A DNA stretch of 64,000 nt from Epiperipatus broadwayi. Lineage: Eukaryota > Animalia > Onychophora. Below, piece by piece: positions 24,636 through 39,145 of the stretch. How positions within the stretch are numbered: the first letter of the stretch is position 1; each line of letters starts with the position of its first letter. The stretch lies in contig JAQFVV010000002.1 in the NCBI GenBank assembly GCA_028023455.1, forward strand, positions 8,618,001-8,682,000. The letters are read 5' to 3'. Below the pieces are notes generated by a model. It was not told the DNA's origin. It saw nothing but the letters and a program-made list of their open reading frames with translations, and searched no databases. The translations under genes and the position numbers were made by a program.

Positions 24636-27600
24636 TTAAAAGACTTTTTCTGATGTGATTTTTTTGTCCCTTTCTCTAATACTTTCCAATTTGATTGAAA
24701 AAGTGTTTGGGTGTCTTCTAGGGTTATTATTGTTCATGAATATACATCTAGTGCACCATAGTGCATATAGAATAAAAGTGCTTGCCCGAATTTGTGCATA
24801 TATACCCTTACTGAATGTTTTAAATAAATGGTGCATATTAACATGAGTGTTATTGAATAGTCTAAGGATTGCTATCCATATGTTGTCAAACATTGACAGT
24901 CAAAGAATAGATGGGTTTGTGTTTCCATATCCCTGTGACAAAGTGTGCACTGAGCATCTACTCTCTAGCACAGTCTTCTACATTTATAAAAATAAAAAGT
25001 AGGGAGGCATTCCAGATTTAGTTTTACTAAAAAATCAAAGAATTTTGGTTCCAGGTTCCAAAACCTAAATTTTCTAATTATTTGACAGTTATTGAGACAA
25101 AATTGACTTACCCTCATCATTAATTGAATGTGGTTGGAGGAGGGAATGTACTTCCCAATATTTATATTTATTCAGGGGAGGGTAGAAATGGAAATTATCA
25201 ATGGAAAGCAAAGGGTCAATAAGGTTTTTCCAATAGCCTTTTGTAGGTGGTGGTTTATCAGTTGGTGTAATTTTTAAGGTAGGAGCAATTTGAGTGAATA
25301 ATTTAGTAATAGATGAGATGAGTTTTAGTGTTTTCTGTATTCTAAATGTGTTAACTGAATGAAGTCCCATCCCATTGTGTATAAGTTGACACTGAAAGTT
25401 TTCTGATTGAGATGGAAATGATATGTTGACCCCATAAAAGTTTTCTGAGCATTGAGTAGATTTATGTGAGAAAGGCTTTGGCATATATAACTATTGGAGT
25501 ATAGTATATAATTCTTGTAGTGATTAGCATGTTGAATAGTGATACTTTTGCATAAACTGAGAGATAAGTTTTCATGAGTGAGCTTGTTATATTTTCAATT
25601 TTTATTTTGAGCATATTCTGGATTTTTACTCGCATTGCTGCATTACTCAGATGGAATGGGAATCCCAAAAAAAGGGTAGGCTTTCCTTTAAAAAAAGGAT
25701 GCTGGATAGGCTGTCCATTAAAAATTTTTCATGCACATGATTTATCAGCATTGAATTCAGATCTATACTCCCTTGAGTATTCTTCCAGTATTTGCAACAG
25801 CATTGGTAGATATTTTTTATTTGACAGGAAAACTGTGATATCATCTGTGAAGGCTAAGCATGATATGTTAGTATTTATACTCTAAATGTATATGCCAGGT
25901 ATGATTTTTTCAATTTTGTTCAAGAGTGAGTTTATATATGTTGTGAATAAGATGGCACTTAATGGAGGTCCTTGGGGAATTGAGCAGTAAGGGTTGAAGG
26001 AAGGTGAGTATTTTCCATTCATTGTAAGGTGTATTTCTCTATTAATCAAGAGGTTGGTAATGATGTATAGCATTGATCTAGGAATTGGTGTATCTACTAA
26101 TACATCAATAAGTTTTCCAATTGGAACTTTGTCAAAGGCAGCTTTAATGTCTAATTGAACAGCTATTGGACTATGTTTCTTCTTGTTTCTAACGTCATCC
26201 ATAATTGTTTTGAATAGGATCGCAGCTTGTCCAGTAGATGATCTTTTTTTTGCAAACCACCATCTTGAGATCATTGGTAGAATATGCAGTTCAATTTTGT
26301 CTTTTATTACAGATTCAAGGATTTTGATTCCAAGGGGGCTCACAGATATAGGTCGTATGTTTTTGATAGTCAAGATTTTTTCTGGTTTTTGTGAAATGGG
26401 ACTAGTAGTATGGGATATAGACCTTCAAAGAGATATAGTTCTTTTGATAAAAAATTTGCCAGTCTTGACAAGTATTTTGTAGTAAAGTGTCCAAGATGAG
26501 CATACACAAATTTAGGTATGCCATGTATTCCAGAGTGACAAGAGTCATATATATATGCCATTTTCTCAATGAATTCTTCTGGGACAAATAAAATGTCACT
26601 TTCTGGAATTCCAAAAGAATGTGGCTTTGGATGAAACCTTTCACTACCTTGAAAGGCATTTTTATAATGTAGATACAATGAGTTAAGAATGTTATTACCA
26701 AATACCACCTCATGGGGTTGATCCAAAGCCCAGCAATTGTATTGTCTTGACCATGTACGAGGTTTGTCTAAATATATTTTTCTTTTTTTAATAGACAATA
26801 TTCTGTGAGTGTTTTGCATGTGGAAAAATAAGCTTTTCTCAGAGCAACAATTCTCGGGTATTCATCAGCCTTCGATGTACAGTGAATAATTCTCTTGTGC
26901 AGCTCATCAGCTAATACTAGCAATTTCGTAGGTGGGGAAGAAATCCGTGTAATATGGTTAATTGTGTGAGAGATAATGTTGACAAAATCAATCCATGCTT
27001 GTGGAGAATCTAGGTCTAGCTTCATCATTTTGAAGATTTGCTATGTAAATTTCAGAAACAGAAATTCTGTGGTTCGACTTGGAAGTAATATTTGAATTGT
27101 TTTATTAGTTGATAATTGTGTTTTATATGACAAGTCAATCTTTATGGTGACAAATAATTTTAGGTGGTCTGATAGTGTTGAATTATTGAAAGATATTTTA
27201 ATCATATGATGCAGCATAGGGGAGTAGAAGACCAAGTCAATCAGTGAAGAATATCTACCATTGTTAAAGGATACTGTATTATTTGGCAGACATTCTCCAC
27301 TCATCAGTGGAATAGTGAGTCTGTGAAGCCATTTCTTAACAAATTGACCATAAGACATGTTGAAGTTCCCTAATAATAAACATGGATATGATGATGATGC
27401 AAGGAGGGAGTTAATACTAGCCTATTTACTATTGTTGGCCCTGGAGATGTATATATATATACTGTACATATATAAACTGTTTAGAACTATGGCTTGATGA
27501 TTTAATGTGATATATGAGAGTCCATGTAAAGTATTCTAAATGATTTGAATGGGCATGTTTTATTGATAATTGCACCCATGCCTCCTGATGGTATAATGGA

Positions 27601-27792
27601 TGTTTTTGAGAAAATAGAGAAACCATGATTATGTAAATAATCTGATGGTTCTATACATGAGCTGTCATATATTTTTATTTCAAGCAAACTAAGTACTTGG
27701 GGTTGAGTAATACTAAGCCATTTTGAGAGGTCCATGACTTTTGCCATGGAGTTTAAACCCCTTATATTAAAAGCACCAATCTTTACTTTCAT
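24636..27792 (-). pseudogene. L1/Tx1 ORF2 (AP endonuclease + reverse transcriptase), multiple frameshifts
   Basis: APE: FNIRGLN, SLIDLVF, SDH; RT: IRPISV, LDIKAAFDKV, PQGPPLS, FTDD at about 25838-25852; C-terminus QCTLCHRDMET and ILYALWCTRC. Confidence 0.92.
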
Positions 27793-27849
27793 ATTAATTT
27801 ATAAAAAATTAAAATCAATACTATGTCAAAAGCAAAGTCGTCATGCACA

Positions 27850-29375
27850 CTACTCACCTTCCATCTCTTGACCATAATCTGTGTCATTAGCAAAAGACTC
27901 AAACTCTGAAAAATCATGCTGGCTCTGCATCTCAGGAGAAATTGAACATGGTGTGTTTTTGGAAACTGAGTTTAGACCCTCATCAAAAATTGAGCAGGGT
28001 GTGGCTTTGATGGCTTCATTTACTACATCATTTTCTAAGATATTTGCAATCTCGTTGTGAAGATTTAAGTTGGCAATTTTTACTTTTTTATGTTGCATAT
28101 GTAAGTTGACAGTTTCTTCTTCACTAGAATCCTGTGATTAAATCCTTTTTTTGATACACACTTCTTGCATGGAGGCCGACTTGGTTTTCTTATTTCTGTG
28201 GTATTGCTTGTACTTATTTGTGACGAGCTTGGCACTATTTCATCCATGATATGCGTGGGTTTTTTATTTTTTTTTGCAACTTTGTACTATTCCATCCATG
28301 ATATTCGTGGATGTTTTATTTCTTATGACAGTTGTAGTTAGATTTTCTGAGTGTTTTAGTATGTCATTATTCATATCAACTTTAGATGGTTTTTCTGTTT
28401 CTAATTTACTTTCAAAGTTAGTAAGTAAATCATTTGTCTCTGGCATATCTGTTTCACAGCTTGCATTGTCTTGTGTTTTATTCTCAGGGTATCTCGGTGT
28501 GTGTGTGTGTGTTTATCTTATTACAGCTTTTGCATAGTATATTAATACAGTTGTTTGCCAAATGACCTCTTTGGACACACTGAAAGCATTGAGGTTTTAA
28601 TCCATGTATAATCAGAAGTAGGGTTGCTTCATGATCAGAGATTTGCTAGATACGTTTAGCGGTTTCACATTATTATACAATTTCATTTTGTACTCATAGT
28701 TATTGCTATAGACGGGGACAGGGGTATCTTTCAAGTAAATTGGTTAAGGTTCCATTAAACTTTTAAAATCGTTGACAGTATAATTTAAAAAAGCATTTTT
28801 CAAGACACCCGAAATTACATTCAGTCTATTCTGATTTATTATTATAAGCGTGTAATTGCGGAGGGTTTGGGATTTTTTTTAAAAAAAGATTTCTTTGTTC
28901 TGTGTTAAAGAATTCTAGTATGAGGTATCGAGAATTAGGATGATTCGCTGTTCGCAAAATACTATCCCATAAGTCGTTGCGGCTAAGAGCCTCATATAAT
29001 AATTCCTTAGGGAATTTATATAAAGAGCAGTTGAGATCAGTAATTTCTTTAATGACAGACTGTTCTGTAAAGAATTGTTTAAAAGAAGCAAAAATATCTT
29101 TTGGCACAGCTTCATTGAATTGCTCCGAGATGTTCTGCAGTTGATCTGTTCACATAATTGGGGAACTTACTTAGTTTTCTTCATTTCAAGTGGCATTTAA
29201 ATCTATTTCTGCTATATCCACTATTGTTGTTTTCCTAAATCTCGGATTTGAATCCAAGTTCTTATTAATAAAGAAAGCGTTTTTATTTGTAGCTTTAACT
29301 TTAGCTAGCAATTTAGTAATGTTAGCATACGTGGGTGAATTTCTCCTTATGGTTTTGGACTAGTGGTGGCCATGT
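27850..29375 (-). pseudogene. L1/Tx1 ORF1 (gag-like, CCHC zinc knuckle), disrupted
   Basis: CFQCVQRGHLANNC (CX2CX4HX4C) at 28547-28588 followed by a partial second knuckle CKSC; ORF pieces 28826-29107, 28264-28446 and 27850-28098. Confidence 0.8.
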
Positions 29376-30594
29376 TATTATAATTGCTTGCCGCTGACAG
29401 ATGTTTAATCAATACACACACAATGTATATATAAAAGTACTTGCCTTTGTCTTAATCAAAAGTAAGTCACAATTTTGAGGGTTTAACTCCAGTAGGAATA
29501 TGAATAATAAATTATAGAAATGACACCTTCATTCATGATGATCAGGGCATACTCGCGCATGCGCACTCTATTCTATTATTATTATTATTATCATTATTAT
29601 TATTATAGAAGTTATGATCATTGGTAATTATTTTTACATTTATACAACACCAATGAAAGATATACTTGATATTACCACAATATTCAATTACATTATATTT
29701 TTATAAATGCCACATTAAATAAAGAAGATTGTACAATGTTTACCTAAAATCTTATTATATTATTTATGTTTTATTGCTAAATTTTAATAATTAAATAGAT
29801 TTAATGTTGAGAGGCATTAACTTATTTTTCTTGCTCATTGTTGATATTATTTTGAAAAAAAATAGTTAGATATCATGTAAAATTCCTCATCATATTTAAC
29901 TACAGGGTGTTAATTAATTTATTTATTTTGTTATTATTTTTTCAGAAATGAACCTGAAATTATTATTATTATTTTTGAAGAATTGTAAATTTTCTATTGA
30001 AAGATGATAAGTAAAAAAGTATGAGTTAATGTTAATATTAAGTAATTTATTGTTATTTCTGTAATAAGTTTATAAATCATACTTTAGGATCATTATGAAA
30101 ATATTACATGGTAGTTTTGCTATGGAAATTTAGTGGTGTAATATTCTTATACTATTGGGAATGTATCTTTAGGGATGTATTTTCACTGTTTAAGATAGTG
30201 TACCTGAACATCTCATGTTAAGAGTTTCGTAATTATATTTGTTATTTTGATAGAACCATATTTTATTTATAATATTGAACAATTTTTATAAATGAATTTA
30301 TTAGTAAAATGAACGAATTGAGCATTGTAGTTGGAACCCTAATTATTTATTGTAAATATAAGTTCTATTATATTTAATTTATTAAATTTCTTATATTTAA
30401 TTATTGAAAGATATTATTTTATTAGATATTGTATCCTAAAATAATGTTTTTTGAGAGAGACAGAACAGTATTATTTTAATGGTCATTAATCCAATTGCAG
30501 TTTAATATTATTATATCCTAATTAACTGGATCTTTTGTTTCAGGATTTTCTCGTTTTAGTAAGGATGCAATATATATGGCTAATAAATAATTAA

Positions 30595-32420
30595 TATATA
30601 TATACATATGATCTGATTATGCTTTACACAATAGGTTTTCAATTGACATTAATTCTTTTAAATTATATAGGTGATTATACATTGAACTTTACTTATAAAA
30701 TGCTAAGACTATAATATATATTTATGTAACGCAAATGTGTTATAATGCATATGCACTTTTCAAAATAAAAGAGTCAAGGACATTCTTAATCTTCATATAT
30801 ATAAAAAATAGTTAATGGAAATAAAAATATACTAAAGGTAAAACTAACTATTTGTTCATGTTATTCTAAGAGAAAAAATAAAATTAAATACTTGAGATTA
30901 AATGATAATCAATGAATAAGGAGTTGAATATTTTTTTATTAAAATAATAATAACTAAGTAATGAAACATAAATTTAAATTTAGAAAAATATAACCCTCTT
31001 ATACCTAAAGCATGGAAAATAAATTTCTACTTAATTTAAATTATGCTATCATTTATATTCTATACAATAAGGAAGAGGAGGAGGAGGAAAAAACAACCTG
31101 ATCAATTGTCTTCAGATACAACATTTCCAAAACAGTACCATAGTTCTAATTTCTATTTCTTAAACGTTTTGTTATTCCAGAAAAAGCAGAAATATCATGA
31201 AAAGCTATTTGATTCAAAGCACATTATATTGATTCTGATATTTTCCAAATATTCAAATTATTCTTTTATATAACAGATATTTGATCAATGCTGCTATTAG
31301 AGTGCAAATACTAGTTTATGTCCATGAGGTTGCAATGTAGATATCCTTTCATTTATCAAGTAATTAATTAATAAAACCTTACATATGAACAGATCCTAGT
31401 TTCATCCATGACAATGCTATGGAAATGGAACCAATTTCTATCTTGTGTATAAATAATTCATCAATCTCATAAAATTATATCAGCAGGTGAATATAGTTTT
31501 TATATACATCTTGATGTCATAAGCATTAATATCTCATCCTTCAAAAGTATATAATATTTATTTTTTTTAAACCAAAGAAATATTCCAAAAATTTTTCAAT
31601 GCAATGATTCTTTTTTTATTTATAAATTGTTACTCTTCACAAGTCCTCAATAAATCTGTTTAGTTTTATTAATGGATGAATACTATTGCTCTCATCCCAT
31701 CATTCTATTCATTTAATAACCACATACTTTTAAAAACAAATAAAAAAATTACATGAAGTAACTTAGGTTCACTTCTATTGAAGCCAAGATATGAGAGAGT
31801 GAGATTAAACTGCTTAATTCTATTTATAAATTTTTTAACTGACATCAGACAAACTGTAACAATTAACTCATTGGTCAATTTGAGCCAGCATCCGGTAAAT
31901 AAAAATCTTATTATATAATAACGATAAATAATAGTAAAAAATTATGACTATTACATATAACATACTATATTTATGTTTTCAAATACACATAATATCCTTT
32001 CAATCAAATTAAGACTACATTCTTTCATACTACAGTGAAAATATATTTTTTACACATTTTTCAACACAATATTAAACAAATAAAATGACAAAAAATACTT
32101 GAGATATTAAATTTTTAGGTGTATTATTTGTAACTTACTACTGTGAAAGCAATAATGAAAATATAAATAATAAAGGAAAAACAATTTTATCATGACTGTA
32201 AGCTTTATTATTTTACACATTCATTTTAAAAATGAATCAAATCAAATCCACGAATTTTTATACTAGAATTAATAATAATTATTTTTCCAATATTAGTGTT
32301 ATCATAGCAAGATTCCAATGCTCCTCAAATTAATATATTCACTATTAAAATCAAATAAATTTTTTTTATGATTGACCTTACACCTCATATTAAAATTTAT
32401 TTCAAATTTCAGTAGGTATA
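30595..32420 (+). repeat. Copy A of a long dispersed direct repeat
   Basis: 30595-30730 matches 40810-40930; 31165-32420 matches 44672-45920 (diverged, roughly 80% identity by eye). Confidence 0.85.
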
Positions 32421-35269
32421 AAATATCTCTATTGACAGAAAAAATCTTTTTTTTAAACAAACTAACAATAGTAACTGTAATTATTACTTTTAATGTACAC
32501 AATGAACCATTTTCATCCAAATATATATAAATGTCTATTTTTCTCTCCCTTTTTTTAGGTAAAGTTTAACAATTTAATCGTCATGATTCCTGAATACTTT
32601 ATTATTATTTTCATTAAAATGAGACAAAACTTATTTACTCTTTTATTTCCATCTTCTTTATATATTTCTATTACTCTATTGGGTATCTCTAATAAATAAT
32701 ATGCCAAAAATACCTTTACTAACAATTTTTTCACCTAGTGTTTCATTAGCAATGTACCATAAAGTATAATTATACATCTGTATTCCTTTTATCCTTCATA
32801 AAACTTGTCAATTGCAGTTGCTAAAGGTTTACTATAAATTTGAAAATAACCCTTTATATCTTTATCTTTTTCTATAACCTCTTATTAATAATATAACCTG
32901 ACATTTATTATAACCAACCAATATGACATTATAATCAAACTTTCTTATATCAAAACCAACTAACTCATCATTCTTACCATGATATCACCAAAATATTAAT
33001 AGTTTTTTTATATAATGCATTTCCAACTTGGTTTTTCAATATAGATTTTTTTTAAGATTATCTCCATTATTCAACTTTGAAGAAAAACTTATGTTCCAGA
33101 TGTTTTATTCATAAAGCAAATTATTTAGCACTCTTATTAAAAATTATTTAAAATCAACTATTACCAACTAACACTCCATCATTTATCATATGTGTACTAC
33201 TATGCAAATATATATATATCTCACTTTAAGTGAATTCAAAATATCCCTATCTTTAGGATTACGTAACACTTTAAAATAGTACATAAGCAGTTATGGACAT
33301 AAATATTTAAAAAGTCATTTCCTCTCCTTACCATATCTTATGCTATTTATTTTCTATAATAGTATTTTTTTATCATTAATTATTTAGTTCTGGTGTCAAG
33401 TATTTTCATTAAAAAAATACTACTACTAACATACTATTTCATAAATGCCTTTTGTTTAAGTGGTTATATTTTAATCATATTTACAAACAAAGATCTTACT
33501 TCTTTTCCATTTTAAACATGTACAGTCATATTATTATCAACTAATATAGAGTTCAAGTTCGAACACTAAAGCAACATTTATTATATTATATGGTAAATTG
33601 TACACTAAATTTTTTTCTTTTTTTTAGTAAGTCACATTTGTTTGGGTGATGCTATTGGCTTTAAACTTAGGACATTGAAGGTACCCTCTCACTTTTAGGA
33701 GTTTCTAAGAGAAATTCATTCTCTCCCACTTTTCTCTTTATTTGGAAAATCGTCTTTTATATTCATTTAAATACTTTTTAAACCTATATTTCTGCAGGTC
33801 ACTAACTTGAGGAGTCTTTACAAAAACAAAATCTCTTAGTTTAAATATGCAATGTAAGAGAGACTTGGTCAATTCCTTTCTGTCCCATTTCTCTCAAATT
33901 TTCATTAGCCTTTGATTAATCACTATCTTAGCTTATCTCTTCTTTAGATAAGTATGTAATGGAGTCTTAATTAATATAGATTCTCTACATTTGAAGTGCA
34001 AATACATTGGGGTAAATTTAGTTTACTCAATTTGTATTATATTACTGTAATGAATGACTTCCTTCAATTTATTTATCTAGTTATGATAGTTGTTATCTAG
34101 ATATACCTAAACAATCTACCGAACTCATGCATAATTCTCCCTCAGGTTAGACTGTGGTTTCCTAATTGAACACAAAATATGTTTTATATTCTGTCATTCA
34201 ATCCAATATTTCCATACCTTAGAGAGGAATGATTTAGCATGATGTGACAAAATAGCCCTAGGATTCTCTATCATTATAAACTGCAATTCCTGTAAATATC
34301 TAACTACATTTCTAGCACTGGTTTTAATCACTGAATACACCCCCATGAGTTTAGAAAACATTGTAAGTGACTAAAATAAACTTAAATTTCTTAAACCGTG
34401 ATAAAGGTTCATAGAAATCTATTGCTAAAAGAACACTGGGACTAGATAAAATTGGCCATAATGTCCCAGCATATGATTGTTAATGTACTTTGATCTTAAA
34501 CACATCTCACAATATTTGATCCTCTTCACTATGATTGCATACAGTCCAGGCTAATAGAATAATCTGTGCACAACATATTCTACCTTTCTAGATTTTTAGT
34601 GCCCATAAAGACAATGCACATAATAAATTAGCCAATTTCTTTTACACAGTGGTACCTCTATCCTCCCTGATTGTTCATAGTCTATCCTAACTTCATAATT
34701 TACACATTTTGAATTAATATATACCTTAATATTACTTTACATTTAACCATTCTTTTAATAGTTACATATTCTATCTTCTCATTCAAATATTGAATAATGG
34801 CATTTGATGTTGAATCTTGCATTTGTAAAGCTAATCAATTTTTTAAAATCATTTTCAACTGAATCATCAACTCTCAAAGAGTTGACCATGATGAAAATAT
34901 TATCTGTAATTATATGATATGGTTCTATTTTGATATCTGCTATAGTATTATCTTTTCCTTTATAACACTGTATCTTATAATTAAATTGCTGAAGGAATGA
35001 ACTCCACCTAACTAGCCTTTCATTATTCAAATAGTTCTGACTGATAAACTCTAAACTCTTGTGATCTGTAATAACTATTATTTCAAACCCAAGTATTGTC
35101 AGAGCTTCTTAAAAACTCATACAACAGCCAAAGCTTCTATTTCTGTGGTGGTATAGTCAACAATCTACTCAAGAAATATAAAACAAGGGACCTTTCTTTC
35201 ATGGTTCAACTGGAAAAAAAGTACTTCTGGACCATACCCACTACTGTCTGTTTGCATATAAAATACTTT

Positions 35270-35585
35270 TTGAAAATTAGAATAATATAACATTATAGTA
35301 TTTAAAAAATTTGATTTAATGTTCTCAAATTCATTAAAGTGGTTTTCAGTCCATTTCCATATGTCATCTTTCTTCAATAATTTTGATAAATAAATGGTGT
35401 CATAAGCAAAATTCTCATAAAATTTATGGTAATTAGAATAATATAAGATTATAATATTTAAAAAATTTGATTTAATGTTCTCAAATTCAATAAAGTGGTT
35501 TTCAGTCCTTTTCCATCTGTCATCTTTCTTCAATAATTTTGATAAATAAATGGTGTCATAAGCAAAATTCTCATAAAATTTTAGA
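35270..35585. repeat. About 180-bp tandem duplication inside Gypsy pol (RT-RH junction)
   Basis: ORF 35165-35533 shows the peptide KKDD.WK.TENHF.EFENIKSNFLN twice. Confidence 0.9.
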
Positions 35586-38500
35586 ACATAATTGTTTTTT
35601 TTATTTTTCAGAGTAGGAAAATTTTGAATAGATTTAATTTTATCAGGATGGTATTTTATTCCATCAGATCCTACAATGTGCTCCAGAAAATCTATCTCCT
35701 TAATAACTATACTGCTTTTTTACAAATTTATCTTGATATATTTTTCTTCACATTCTTTGAAAAATATATTTAGATAATGAAAATGCTTCAAGATGTTCTC
35801 TGAAGCAGTTACAATGTCATCCACATATATGACTATAATGTTTTTGACTTCATCAAATAATACATCATCCAAACATCTGAGGTTACAAACTCACTGTTTG
35901 CAAGACCAAAAGGTATTCTTTCAAAAACCTATAAATAGCCTTTGTATTTAAATGCAGTATACTTCTGATCATCATCATACAAGTATACCTACCAATAACT
36001 AGCTGTTAAGTGAACTGTAGAAAAGACCTTTAAATCTAATTAATAATTGTTGCACAGTAGGAGGGACATCACATTCTAAATAATTAAATGATAGAATTTC
36101 ACATCTAAGTAAATACATATAGATCCTTCCTTTTTATGGACAACAAATTGGTTGTTATAAGCTGAGTGGAATTTTCTGATAATTTTTCATTCAACCATTT
36201 ATTAATTTGCTTCTGTACCTCAGCTTTGTATTGGCAAGAAATAGTATAGCTTTACATTGATAAAGTCTATAGTCCTTCAAATGTATCCTATGTACATCTC
36301 CCTTTATCACACCAGGTTTCTTAGAAAATATAGCCTTATATCAACAGAGTAATTGAAAAAACTTTTTATTCAATTTGTCATCCATCTCAGTAAATTCACA
36401 TATTTTTATTTATAAATCTAACTTTATATAGTTATTTTGCATGGTTAATAAATTGAAATTTTGGCCAGGTGCTTTCCTATTAAACTTACATCTTTCTCCT
36501 TTTAAAATAAATTCTGGATTAACGTTATCAACAACCCATCCAAACCGATCAAGAGGTCAAATCCTATTATAACCTCATGAATAAGTCCAGATATGATCAA
36601 AAATATTTGCTCTACAATTATTGAATTAATCCCAACACTTAATCACACTTGTTGAGAAACAATTTTGCCTTATGACCATAGTAACTTGAGTTTGTCTCAT
36701 TGGCAACATTCGGATTTTAAAACTTGCTTTCGTAAGTTTATTATACCTTTTTTATATATAATTGAAATTTGGCTTCATAAATCCAATAAAGCTTCACTAA
36801 CATCCCTTGAATAATGATATTAATTTCTGGACCGATGTTATCTCCATAGTCTTCTATTGTCCTATAATTATCATCATCTTCAGATTCAAAATTCAATGAG
36901 GTTAAATAATTAATAATATTGTTGCTCCCCAAATTTGTGATATTATTAGTCTCCTGCAGTGAGGAACATTTCAATGATGCTTGTTTTAATTTAAAGGACT
37001 AGATTTAGGTCTAGGGCCAAGCATTTTCACAGGTGTATTTTGTGATATGCTGACAGAATAATTTCCTGCTATACATGCACCCTTTTCTACTTTATCATAA
37101 CTTTTATGCTTAATATTTCTTACTGCTATTTACATACTTAAGAATCTTATGATTCTTATTATTTACATAAAATCTATTCACTCTACTACTTCTATTTCTT
37201 TTACTCCTACCAAATTTAATAGAGAAACATTGTATGCATGGTTATTTGTATTAAGATTATTTTCTACAAGTATCTCATTTGTCTCAACCACTCCGACTAT
37301 TTTAGATATTTCTTCAACAGGATATTTGCCTGCAGTAATTAAAGTTTGCTCAATACTCCTCAGCAAGTTTCTCCTGACTACCCAAATTATTTGGTTTTTC
37401 AGTAACAGAAATGCAGCCAGCATTTTTAATTTAGATACCTGCATTCAGAAGAATTGAATATATCTGTCTTTATTAGGACTATAGTTATTTTGATGCATCT
37501 GATACTTCATGTTGTCCTGCTTGCCTTCTCCCTAAAAACTATTCAACATGATATATTTAAAATTCTCATATGTTTCTGATTCATTGAACAATGATTTCCA
37601 TCAATGATTGGCAGATGTACTTAAGTGATGGCTTGCTATAGATAGTTTCTCAATCTCACTCTAATGACTCAGTAAGAACAGCACTTCTAAGGTACTTAAA
37701 TACTCTGTGGGATTGTTATCATACTTCTCTTTAAAAATGTTAAACTGTATAAAACTAGTTATGTTGCTATTCATCCTTTCATCTTTAATTTCCACTGAAC
37801 TATGCATATGTTTACTATTCTTCTCACTATACAGTGACAATATATCATGATTATCCTCTGAATATGCATGTTTATATGAACTATCTATATGATAATCAGT
37901 ATGTTTGACAAGAGTACTCTTTATCCCTAACATTCTGTCTTCTAACATTATAGATATCTTATTATTCATACTTATATCTTACTCTTCAAAACATTTTTGT
38001 ATTGCTTGTTCTAGAAATTTATTATTGTTTTTCATATTACTGTAAATTTATTCCTGCTTTTTATTACAGCTTTCCAATTCATGTAAAGACAATTGATAAT
38101 TATCTAACCCAACCTTTACATCATCTAACTCTCCTGGTCTCATTTTCTCAATATTAAATTAATTCTTTTTGCATATTATTTAAATCAACTTGTGATTCCT
38201 TGCACACTTCTTGAAACTTCTTTATTTCATTATTAGCCTTATTATGCTTTTTACAGACTTCTTTACATTGTGCCTTTATGCAATTCTGTATATCTTTTAA
38301 TTTGATTTTAATATTATTTATTTCTAATTTTGCTGCTTCCTGGTCATTTTTGTAAGCTTTCTCAATTTTCATACATTTCTTATCCAACACTTTATACCCA
38401 ACTTTACTTTTAATTTCATTACTTAAATTTTCAAATCTGATTTCTAACCTTTCATGTGATTTATCTAATTGGTCTCTCAATTCATTAAACCTGCTCTCAT

Positions 38501-39127
38501 ATTAATCACCATATTGCTTCATTAACATCCAGATTGTATTTGAATGCTACAAATCATGAATTTGTAGAATTTAGCTCAATTTTAAACAAGTTTGACTTAT
38601 TATTGACTTTACCTGACTCCATCATCAATTATTCAATATCTTCTTTTAATTCTTTACTTTGAATTTCAAATCTATTATTCATTTCTCCAAATTTATTATT
38701 CATTTTTTACTTATATCTTCTCTTAATTCTTTATTTTTATTCTTTATTTTTTTAAACATTCCCTGAACAATACCTTCAAGTCCTGTTAATATTTCAGAAT
38801 TATTGGTTTCCATATTTGCTACTTTTTCTAGCAAAAATAATACCCTTTCTTTAACATAAACAAATTATAAAAATACTTTAAATTATTTTACTATTTGACA
38901 TGAAATATTCAACCTTCCAGTTATTGATAAAAACCTGCAAGAGAATGACAATAACAATAATTATTTTTTTAAGCATATAAAATATTTCTCCATTTACTGT
39001 AAATTTTAAATTTTTTTAAAATAAATTACAAATATCTATAAAGTATTAATGTATTCAAGATATAATATTATATTCCTCTACATATATGTATGAGACTCGG
39101 ACCTTTCTGATTTTGGTCTTTGAACAA

Positions 39128-39145
39128 CCCCATATTGAGTGACCA
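39128..39145 (-). promoter_or_regulatory. Probable decayed primer-binding site, with the LTR edge (TTACA on the minus strand) at 39148-39152
   Basis: Minus strand TTACA AA TGGTCACTCAATATGGGG resembles a CpG-decayed TGGCGCCCAACGTGGGG-type Gypsy PBS, directly upstream of gag. Confidence 0.5.

Larger units (their letters stand above)
24208..29570 (-). mobile_element. Near-full-length Tx1/L1-clade non-LTR retrotransposon, inactivated
   Basis: ORF1 with zinc knuckle, then APE, RT and C-terminal Cys-rich/IW..R region, then 3' UTR with AATAAA and a (GAT)n(GAA)n tail at 24208-24258. Confidence 0.9.

Noticed and set aside
27850-27862. Perfect donor-like GAAG|GTGAGT at the end of L1 ORF1, suggesting an ORF1-ORF2 splice
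   Set aside because: No matching acceptor before the ORF2 ATG; a single motif is expected by chance
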